DNA of 64,000 bases. Origin: Macrostomum lignano. Lineage: Eukaryota. Below the pieces are notes generated by a model. That model worked only from the letters and a program-made list of their open reading frames with translations, did not search any database and was not told the origin of the DNA. Each line of letters starts with the position of its first letter. Within the stretch, counting starts at the first letter, position 1. Positions 38,396 to 51,560 of this stretch are shown here, in pieces. A program made the position numbers and the translations under genes. Location: the NCBI GenBank assembly GCA_002269645.1, contig NIVC01000307.1, positions 401,585 through 465,584 on the forward strand, given 5' to 3'.

Positions 38396-38643
38396 TGTTG
38401 TGTATTGCAAAGGCATGCGATGCGTAGGGGTAGTTCGGGGACAGCGTTTCTAGAAACTTCCACCGCGGACTTGTTTACGCATAGTTCCAGAAGTTTCCTT
38501 CCCCGGTCTTTCTAGAACTTTCCTTCCCCGCGTGCATAAATATACGAGCCGCCCTCCTATTGGCCAAGCCCTCTTTTGGTGCCACTGAGCGCCCGGATAA
38601 TTATCTATCTTGTTTCTGCGTTCGTTAATTCAACAACAGAACA
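38396..38643 (+). repeat. 3' LTR (248 bp)
   Basis: Follows the PPT and ends ...cagaaca before the TSD. Confidence 0.97.
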
Positions 38644-39527
38644 AAGTGGCCGATTGAGGAACTCTATGCGAGGCACACAGAGACAGTCTAGTTATTCAGT
38701 GCTTTTGCATAGGGGGATCTTTAAACTGGTGAGACTACAATATCCTCCTAATAAGCCCCAGGATTCCAAGGGTGGATATAAAGATAACGCCATCTAATTA
38801 TGCTTTTCTCCTAGATGGGTTCGATGCAGCAGGGGATGGGAATTAAAGTGCAGGTCCCAGGGCTCTCTCGTGCGGCACATCCTACTGGGACTTATTTAGA
38901 AGTACTGTCACTCATGCTACATGTATGATTATTTGGTTAAATTCGGCTCATACTCGATAATCTTTCCCTCTGACCCTCAGCTTCTATTCCATGCCCATTG
39001 CCATGCACGATCACTACTCACATTTCATAGTAAACATTTGAATACACTATAGTTGTAATGCCCTGATTTTATACTGGCCCTAAACTTGACCTAAATCATT
39101 CAGTTAATTATTAAAACGGACTTAATAAGTTAAGATTGAAAAATTAGAAGATGAGCAATGGCCCGGGAGGGGGGAGACCGCGGGCTGCTTATACTCAACA
39201 AGGGCAGCGCAACAGAGAAAGAAATACAAATGTAGTACCTTATAGACGTGGCCCACGGGCAGGTCAGGACTTCTTGTTGGCACGGTGGTCGTCGGATAGT
39301 CACGGCGGCGGCTGCAGTCAAGGACGTTACAGCTCCGATCCGCACCAAAAGGGAGAAGGAGGCTCCGAACGGAATTGTTGCAGCTCCGAACGGAATTGTT
39401 GCAGCTCCGAACGGAATTGTTGCAGCTCCGCGTAAGCTGGAAACGCGGCAGGGAGAATATGGGTCGGAAACGGTTTGGTGCGAAACAGTATTTTATTTAT
39501 AGCCCTGATGAGATTATGCGTCATGCA

Positions 39528-39616
39528 ATCACGTGATATTGAAGGGCGTGACTTGTCTTTGACCTCAATTACCAACAGCCACTTGACGTCACCCACGTCA
39601 GCCGCGTTGTGATTGG
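39528..39616. promoter_or_regulatory. Candidate promoter cluster upstream of MFSD1: ATCACGTGAT E-box, TGACGTCA (CRE), ATTGG (CCAAT)
   Basis: Motifs at 39528-39537, 39584-39591 and 39612-39616, about 1 kb before the ATG at 40621. Confidence 0.45.
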
Positions 39617-40620
39617 ACGAGAAATTGAGGTGCACAGCGAGAAAAATAATTTATAATGGGGGATTTTGTAACAGGCAGGAAGAAGCTTGGGGAGATAAGG
39701 GATCAGAAACCGTTACACGCATTAATTATTTATAAAATAGAATTGAGTTGGGCTGGTGCGCGGGGAAGTGGGGTGAGTCATCACAGGGACGCAAGAATCA
39801 CAGGGGAAGAATTGGGAGGGCACGCAAAAATAAGTGGGGGTCGCGCGGCCAGGATGGATGTAGCTATACATCATACATGATATTCATGCAATAATAAAAT
39901 GTACAGGCGCGAGAAATATACATGTACTGATGTACATCTAGTGTATAATTTCCTGCTCTGAATGATCAGAGGCACCGGTCATGTACAACGGCGGAGTAGC
40001 ACATTTAGCGTTTCAGGTCGGGCCTCAGCACAAAGTCGAAGCAATTATTTGCCACCACAAAAAAAGTAAAACATGCTGTTACAGCTAGTGTACCTGCGCA
40101 GAACAAACACCGTTTAAAGTTTTGAAGAGAAAGCCAATCTGCATATGGTTTTTAAGCATTGTTTTCAGAATAAAGCACTGCTCTGTAGCACCTGCATTAT
40201 CAATATATGCGCGAAAAATTCAGCGAATCTCGATCTAAAAAACGTATTGCTTTGTATTCTAAGACCAGCCTATTCAAGATTAAACTAAACCGTTAATCAG
40301 TTTATCAAAACTTAAAATGGTTTTTCTTTGGCGTTTGTTAGACTTTAACTTTAGTATTATAAGATTGTTTATCAAACTAAGTTTTATTTACGCAAGTTTT
40401 AGTTAAAATAAAGTAGATCAAATGGCTCTTGTTAGTACTGCAAATTTTTAACTTTATCGTTTTTAGTAATAACACAAACATTATTTTCTTGGCAGTTGTC
40501 GACCTAGACTAGACGGAGTTTTTAGGCCCATACTAGTAACCAGCAGAGCTAAGATTAGATTAGATTAGATTAGATTAGACCCTACCCTAGTAGCTTGTAA
40601 CTGCAAAAGTTTAGCCTGTC

Positions 40621-43600
40621 ATGGATAGTGCAGAAGAAACAAGTCCTCTTTTAAGCAATCAGTCTCCTGCCCTAAATGCACCAACTGGGGACCATAACAA
40701 TGAAGTTGAGTACCAAGGTAAATAAATATCTACATTTTCGACTTATTGACAATACAATGCTGCATTTACTACTTAATTATCCCTTACTAATTCTTCCTCC
40801 ATTATTTTCAAGCAGTGTGTTAATAAAAATCTTCAAAATTATATCTGCCTTTAATCAACGTTTTTCAGTGGCATAGCCAATATTTTTATCTGTTGAACAA
40901 AATCTAGAGCCACAATACTTATAGACTAAGAAGTTTCCTAAGTAGGCCTAACTAAAAATACTTCTTTAATTTAATCAAGTCAAGATTTTAGCTTTATTTT
41001 ATCACAACGATTCACAAGTGATGACTTCTTGAACTAAATATATAAAAATCTCATTTTCTAATTTTTATAGGCCTAAAAGCTTTTGTTAGATTAATTATTA
41101 AATTAAGTGCATGAGCCTAATTGAGTCTTTGAGTGCATGATATAAATTATAAAAGAATGCTAAAAAGTAAAAATCAAAGATTTAAGCTTTTGAATTTGTA
41201 TTTATTAGTTATATATTTTAATAAATAATAAATAAATCAGTAATTATTTAGTAATGATTATCTAATAATAATAATTAAAAATAATACTTAAAAATGAAAG
41301 GTTTATTTATACTGCTATCAAATAAGACCAAATTTTATGTGATCACCCAATTTGTATAGGCCTATCAAATTTGATTCCTTTGTAAGTGCTTAAATTGTTT
41401 ATATGTTTGGTAGCTTGTTTGATAGCAATGTAAACAAGCCTTAGGATGCCTAGGCCTACTGCTGTGGCTTTTAGTTTAGACATTTTCATTTACTATACTA
41501 TCTTCTTTACTATAATTATAAAGCAACCAAATTTTAGATTATATTTATTATTGTATAACCAAATAACCAAGCTAATAGTAGTTACTTTTTTATCTATATG
41601 ATTTTTGTACTTTGTTCTTTTAACAGCTATAAAATTAGAAAACTTAAAATATTGATACAGTTACTTATTCTAGATTCTAGCTTTTTGTACAAGTTGATGC
41701 AAATAAAATTAGAAATTTAGAAAAATATTTTTTATCAGCAAAATTGGATTTTGTGGTAAAGATTACCAAATGTTTTGAATCACTTCAATGGTTGCTAAAC
41801 ATGGCTAAAGATAGTAAGGAAGGTGTTACAAAAATTTACTTTTTAATCCCAAATTTAGGTTGACTAAGGGATAAGGTATTAAGAAAAATGGTATGATTTA
41901 GTGGTAACTATGGATTGTTTCAAGATAACAATGGATAGATAAAAGGAGATATAAAACTAATCATAAATATTAGAATTGTCTCAATTAATTAAGTCAACCA
42001 ATAATCAATACCATTATAGTTAGCGACTTGTAATGATCAGGTTTTTTTGCACCCACCACTACATATTATTTATTGTTTTCAAATTGTGCCATCAAAACTG
42101 ATTCCATTGAAATTGTTGATTCAGGCTGCGCTGCCTGCAACCCTCGGTCGGCGCTGCACCGCTATCTCGCCTTGTCCTTCATGTGCTTCCTGTCATTTGG
42201 CTCGTATTTCTGCTACGATAATCCGAGCGCTCTGCAGGACGTCATGACAGAAGACTTAAGCCTGACCACCGCCCAGTACTCGTCCTTCTACGCCTGGTAT
42301 TCTTGGCCGAATGTTGTGCTGTCAATGATTGGTGGCTACCTGATTGACAGGCTGTTTGGTATTCGCCTTGGAGCAATTATTTTCTCATCGTTTTGTCTGG
42401 TTGGTCAGTTGCTGTTCGCCTTTGGCGCGTTTGTTAATAAGGTGAGAATTCTGGTTTTTTTAGAAGTCGCCCCTGTAATAAATTATCCCGAAAGAATCGC
42501 CCCTGTAATAGAATATCCCTAAAGAATCGCCCCTGTAATTGATTATCCCTAAATAATCGCCCCTATGATAGAATATCCCTAAAGAATCGTCCCTATAATA
42601 GAATATCCCTAAATAATCGCCCCTGTAATAGAATATCCCTAAATAATCGCCCCTGTAATAGAATATCCCTAAAGAATCGCCCCTATAATAGAATATCCCT
42701 AAAGAATCGTCCCTATAATAGAATATCCCTAAATAATCGCCCCTATAATAGAATATCCCTAAATAATCGCCCCTGTAATAGAATATCCCTAAAGAATCGC
42801 CCCTATAATAGAATATCCCTAAAGAATCGCCCCTGTAATAGAATATCCCTAAATAATCGCCCCTGTAATAGAATATCCCTAAAGAATCGCCCCGGTAATA
42901 GAATATCCCTAAAGAATCGCCCCTGTAATAGAATATCCCTAAAGAATCGCCCCTATAATAGAATATCCCTAAAGAATCGCCCCTGTAATAGAATATCCCT
43001 AAAGAATCGCCCCTATAATAGATTATCCCTAAATAATCGCCCCTGTAATAGAATATCCCTAAAGAATCGCCCCTGTAATAAAATATCCCAAAACCCCCCA
43101 CCTGCCCAGGTGTGGCTGATGGACGCGGCCAGATTCCTATTCGGCATCGGAGGCGAGAGCCTGGCCGTGGCCCAGAACACCTATGCTACATCGTGGTTCC
43201 GCGGTCACGAGCTCAACATGGTGTTCGGCATCCAGCTCAGCATGTCCCGCATCGGCAGCACAGTGAATATGAACGTCATGCAGCCAATTTATCACTCTCT
43301 TGATGGCCGCTTCTCCCAGCCCTGGCAACAGCTGGGCGCGGCTTTGTTCCTGGCTGCATTCAGCTGCATCTTGTCGCTGGGCTGCGCTTTTGTACTGGCC
43401 TATATTGATAGGAGGGCCAAGAGGCTGCTTGGAGCGGATGCTGGAAGCACAGGTGAGTGAGTTGCATCATCTCTTTTCATCAATAGATAAATTATTATTT
43501 TTCACCTTCTCGTTTAAGAAATTGTGTTTTAGCGCTTTTCTGAGAATGTCTTAATTACTTTGTTTATTAGAAAATCTTGAAAACTGACTTTACTAACGGG

Positions 43601-45464
43601 GAAAAATACATCACTGAGATTGTAGCTTGCTTCCAGACCATCTTAAGAATGAGAATCGCCTATGAACCACATTAAGAATCGCCTATGAACCACCTTAAAA
43701 ATCGCCTATAAACCAATTTAGGAATCAGCCATAAACAATCCTAAGAGTCGCCCATAAACCTCCTCAAGAATCGCCAATAAACCACCTTAAGAATCGCATT
43801 TAAACCACATTGAGAATCGCTCTTAAACCACCTTGAAAATCGCCCTTAAACCACCTTGAGAATCGCCTTTAAACCACCTTGAGAATCGCCCATAAACCAC
43901 CCTAAAGAATCGCCAATAAACCAACCTAGAGAATCGCCAATAAACCACCTTAAAAATCGCCTAAAAACCGCCTTAAGAATCTCCATAAACCACCTTAAGA
44001 ATCGCCCATAAAGCACCTTAAGAATCGCCTATAACCCTCCACCCGTGCAAATCTCAGGTGAGAAAATCCAGCTATCGGACATCATTCGGTTCCCAGCAGC
44101 CGTGTGGCTTCTGTGCGGGATCTGTGTAGCTTATTACGTCAGCGTGTTCCCCTTCATCAGCCTTGGCCAGGTATTTTTCGAGCGCAAATTCAATTTCAAC
44201 CCGAATGAAGCCGACGCAGTGAACAGTTTGCCGTATATTGTCAGCGCAATTTCCAGTCCCGTCTGTGGCTTCCTCATCGATAGAACTGGTCGCAACATCA
44301 TGTGGGTGATGCTGGGCAGCCTCATGACTATGGGCTGTCACGCTTGTTTGGCTTTCACATTCAATCTGAGCCCCTACGGCATCATGATTTGGCTTGGCGT
44401 TAGCTATTCTATCCTAGCAGCCTCATTGTGGCCGTTGGTGTCCTATTGTCTGCCCAATCATATGCTTGGCACAGCATACGGAATTATGCAGAGTATTCAG
44501 AATCTTGGATTGGCTGTTATTAACCAGGTTAGTCTAGTTTTGTTTTCAATTAAACTCCAGTGTTTTATTGGGTCTGCTAACCCCTCACCCCCTCAGTGTT
44601 TTATTGGATCTGCTAACCCCTCACCCCCTCAGTGTTTTATTGGGTCTGCTAACCCCTCACCCCCCCAGTTTTTATTGGGTCTGCTAACCCCTCACCCCTC
44701 AGTGTTTTATTGGATCTGCTAACCCCTCACCCCCTCAGTGTTTTATTGGGTCTGCTAACCCCTCACCCCCAGTTTTTATTGGGTCTGCTAACCCCTCACC
44801 TCCTCAGTGTTTTATTGAGGCTGCTAGCCCCTCAGTTTTTATTGGGTCTGAAAACCCCTCACCCCCTCAGTGTTTTATTGAGGCTGCTAGCCCCTCACCC
44901 CCTCAGTGTTTTATTGGGACTGGGCTAACCTCACCCCCTCAGTGTTTTATTGAGGCTTTTAGCCCCTTACACCCCCCAGTGTTTTATTGGCGCTGCTAAC
45001 CCCCCTCTAAGTGTTTTATTGGGGCTGCTACCCCTCTTACCCGACAGTGTTTTATTGGGGCTGCTAACCCCCCCCTTGCCCGACAGTGTTTTTGGGGCTG
45101 CTACCCCCCCCTTACCCGACAGTGTTTTTTGGGGCTGCTACCTCCATTACCCGACAGTGGTATATTGGGGCTGCTGTCTTTGGATTTTCTAAACGACTTG
45201 AAAACAAATAACTGAAATTACACCTTAAAATATCGTTTCAACCAGGTATCCGGTCTTATCGTTGACTCCAAAGGTTATCTCATTCTCGAAGTGTTCTTTT
45301 TAGCCTGGCTCTGCCTAGCTCTGATATTCTGCGCCGTTCTGTACCTGTGGGACATATCTAAGCTTGGCGGGGAGCTCAACAAGTCTGCCAGCTCCAGGCG
45401 CAAGGACGCCGAGCTTGCCAAGCAGGCTACAGAAGCTGCAGCGAAAGCTGCTGATGAGGCTTAA
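40621..45464 (+). CDS. MFSD1: Lysosomal MFS transporter MFSD1; exons 40621-40716 (phase problem), 42125-42441, 43110-43452, 44058-44527, 45246-45464
   Basis: CFLSFGSYFCYDNPSALQ, YAWYSWPNVVL, RFLFGIGGESLAVAQNTY, GTAYGIMQSIQNLGLA; exon 1 has an EETSPLL dileucine motif. Exons 2-5 join in frame. Confidence 0.9.
42455..43090. repeat. 30-bp minisatellite (aagaatcgcccctgtaatagaatatcccta), MFSD1 intron 2
   Basis: Fills nearly the whole intron 42442-43109. Confidence 0.95.
43640..44040. repeat. ~23-bp degenerate minisatellite (aagaatcgcctataaaccacctt), MFSD1 intron 3
   Basis: Direct reading. Confidence 0.9.
44555..45170. repeat. 36-bp minisatellite (cagtgttttattgggtctgctaacccctcaccccct), MFSD1 intron 4
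   Basis: Period 36 at 44594/44630, degenerating toward the 3' end. Confidence 0.9.
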
Positions 45465-46139
45465 AATCTGCGATCGCGCAGGATTAAATTGAGACACATA
45501 TTTGTCTTTAATTACGCGATATAAACGGTAAATGTACTATTATTGCTCCCTTGATTAACAGGTTTGGAGTTGAAAAAAATAAGAGAATTTCCGGATTTTC
45601 ATTCGAAAATAAATTTATAAAATTTGAAATCCTTAGTATCCAAGGTAAACAACCTGTGGTCAAGCGTTACTGTATAGGTGCAACTTTATGATTAGTTCCG
45701 AATATTATTTTCTTCAGTTATTTTTTCTCTTTTTATTTTCTATTAACGACAGTATTTTTAAATTGATAATTGATTTCAAAATTTTCCATGACGTCCACTT
45801 TTGACCGTGTTTCGGGTCTTTCGATTATACAATTTTGTGCAATACATAATCTGAGGAACTTTTTTATTCTAAAATTCATTTACTAATGCTGTTTTATGCG
45901 TTACAATGGTGCTCGATTTATATATTTGAAAATTCACCAAATTTATCAGGTTTTTATGCTGGGCTTCTGTGTTTTGTTTATTTCACTGATTCAAGACTTT
46001 ATTTAGAAATTTCAGGATTTAGGGGTATGGGCACCCAATTCAGGACATGAGGGTACACTTCAGGGTGTCAGCAAACACTTCAGGGCCTAGACGCCCACTT
46101 CAGAATATGGGCAGCCACTTCAGTACATCCAATACCTAC

Positions 46140-47695
46140 CTCAGGGTATGGGAAACTGCTTCAGGATATGGGAATCTGCTTCAGGATATGGGAATCTGCT
46201 TCAGGATATGACAAACTGCTTCAGGATATGACAAACTGCTTCAGGATATGACAATCTGCTTCAGGATATGACAATCTGCTTCAGGATATGACAATCTGCT
46301 TCAGGATATGACAATCTGCTTCAGGATATGACAATCTGCTTCAGGATATGGAAATCTGCTTCAGGATATGGGAATCTGCTTCAGGATATGGGAATCTGCT
46401 TCAGGATATGGGAATCTGCTTCAGGATATGGGAAACTGCTGCAGGATATGGGAAGCTGCTTCGGGATATGGAAAACTACTGCAGGATATAGGAAACTATT
46501 TCAGGATATGGGAATCTGCTTCAGGATATGAAAAACTGCTGCAGGATATGGGAAGCTGCTTCGGGTCGGGATATGGGAAACTGCTGCAGGATGTGGGAAA
46601 CTACTTCAGGATATGACAATCTGCTTCAGGATATGACAAACTGCTTCAGGATATGACAATCTGCTTCAGGATATGGGAATCTGCTTCAGGATATGGGAAT
46701 CTGCTTCAGGATATGGAAAACTACTTTAGGATAAGGAAAACTGCCTCAGGATATGAGAATCTGCTTCAGGATATGGGAAGCTGCTTCGGGATATGGGAAA
46801 CTACTGCAGGATATAGGAAACTATTTCAGGATATGGGAATCTGCTTCAGGATATGAGAAACTGCTGCAGGATATGGGAATCTGCTTCAGGATGTGGGAAA
46901 CTACTTCACGATATGTGAATCTGCTTCAGGATATGTGAATCTGCTTCAGGAAATGGAAATCTGCTTCAGGATATGTGAATCTACTTCAGGATATGGGAAT
47001 CTGCTTCAGGATATGGAAATCTGCTTCAGGATATGGGAATCTGCTTCAGGATATGGAAATCTGCTTCAGGATATGGGAATCTGCTTCAGGATATGTGAAT
47101 CTACTTCAGGATATGGGAATCTGCTTCAGGATATGGAAATCTGCTTCAGGATATGGGAATCTGCTTCAGGATATGGAAATCTGCTTCAGGATATGGGAAT
47201 CTGCTTCTGGATATGGAAATCTGCTTCAGGATATGGGAATCTGCTTCAGGATATGGAAATCTGCTTCAGGATATGGGAATCTGCTTCAGGATATGTGAAT
47301 CTACTTCAGGATATGGGAATCTGCTTCAGGATATGGAAATCTGCTTCAGGATATGGGAATCTGCTTCAGGATATGGAAATCTGCTTCAGGATATGGGAAT
47401 CTGCTTCAGGATATGTGAATCTACTTCAGGATATGGGAATCTGCTTCAGGATATGACAATCTGCTTCAGGATATGGAAATCTGCTTCAGGATATGGGAAT
47501 CTGCTTCAGGATATGGGAATCTGCTTCAGGATATGTGAATCTACTTCAGGATATGTGAATCTGCTTCAGGATATGTGAATCTGCTTCAGGAAATGGAAAT
47601 CTGCTTCAGGATATGTGAATCTACTTCAGGATATGGGAATCTGCTTCAGGATATGGGAATCTGCTTCAGGATATGGGAATCTGCTTCAGGATATG
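46140..47695. repeat. 20-bp minisatellite (ctgcttcaggatatgggaat) between MFSD1 and SLC37A3
   Basis: About 75-80 units; decayed units at 46010-46140. Confidence 0.95.
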
Positions 47696-47782
47696 GGTAC
47701 CCTATTAAAACATTCGATGAATTTTACTATTCAATATTAAATTTTCGTTTCCACGTTCTATTATATTTTCAGCTCAAAGAAA

Positions 47783-50336
<2,554 letters not shown>

Positions 50337-50419
50337 ATTAACTCTTTGTTTACAAATTGTACTGATAAGATCCGCGCGCTGACTAACCAATATTATATTC
50401 TTTAGCATGCCTGCTATTC

Positions 50420-51560
50420 TTTTAGCCTACCCATCTCCCGCCCAATATACATAGGCCAAAAACCAAGCCTACCCCGTCTTCCCCCAATGTACATAGGCCA
50501 AAAACCAAGCCTACCCCGTCTTCCCCCAATGTACATAGGCCAAAAACCAAGCCTACCCCGTCTTCCCCCAATGTACATAGGCCAAAAACCAAGCCTACCC
50601 CGTCTTCCCCCAATGTACATAGTCCAAAAACCAAGCCTACCCCGTCTTCCCCCAATGTACATAGGCCAAAAACCAAGCCTACCCCGTCTCCCGCCCAATA
50701 TACATAGGCCAAAAACCAAGCCTACCCCGTCTCCCCCCAATGTACATAGGCCAAAAACCAAGCCTACCCCGTCTCCCGCCCAATATACATAGGCCAAAAA
50801 CCAAGCCTACCCCGTCTCCCGCCCAATGTACATAGGCCAAAAACCAAGCCTACCCGTCTTCCACCCAATGTACATAGGCCAAAAACCAAGCCTATCCCGT
50901 CTTCCCCCAATGTACACAGTCCAAAAACCAAGCCAACCCCGTCTCTCGCCCAATGTACACAGTCCAAAAACCAAGCCAACCCCGTCTCTCGCCCAATGTA
51001 CATAGGCCAAAAACCAAGCCTACCCCGTCTCCCGCCCAATATACATAGGCCAAAAACCAAGCCTACCCCTTTCGCCCAATGTACATAGGCCAAAAACCAA
51101 GCCTACCCCGTCTTCCCCCAATGTGCATAGGCCAAAAACCAAGCCTACCCCGTCTTCCCCAATGTACATAGTCCAAAAACCAAGCCTACCCCGTCTTCCC
51201 CCAATGTACATAGGCCAAAAACCAAGCCTACCCCGTCTCCCGCCCAATATACATAGGCCAAAAACCAAGCCTACCCCTTTCGCCCAATGTACATAGGCCA
51301 AAAACCAAGCCTACCCCGTCTTCCACCCAATGTACATAGGCCAAAAACCAAGCCTATCCCGTCTTCCCCCAATGTACACAGTCCAAAAACCAAGCCAACC
51401 CCGTCTCTCGCCCAATGTACACAGTCCAAAAACCAAGCCAACCCCGTCTCTCGCCCAATGTACACAGTCCAAAAACCAAGCCTACCCCGTCTCCCGCCCA
51501 ATGTACATAGGCCAAAACCGAGCCTACCTCCCCGCCCGTGTCCCAGTCAATGTACGAGTA
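50420..51560. repeat. ~42-bp minisatellite (cccaatgtacataggccaaaaaccaagcctaccccgtcttcc) 3' of SLC37A3
   Basis: Direct reading. Confidence 0.95.

Larger units (their letters stand above)
34115..38643 (+). mobile_element. Full-length Ty3/Gypsy LTR retrotransposon (Mag-like), 4529 bp
   Basis: TG...CA LTRs at 34115-34363 and 38396-38643; 5-bp TSD aagtg (34110-34114, 38644-38648); PBS tggcgacgaggatgg at 34365; PPT ggaaggaggggaagaa at 38380-38395; single gag-pol ORF. Confidence 0.97.

Noticed and set aside
34564-38463. Many antisense and alternate-frame ORFs inside the retrotransposon
   Set aside because: Expected shadow ORFs of a GC-rich coding sequence; no recognisable domains.
40550-40580. (TTAGA)n as a telomere-like repeat
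   Set aside because: Only about 5 units and not TTAGGG; an ordinary microsatellite.
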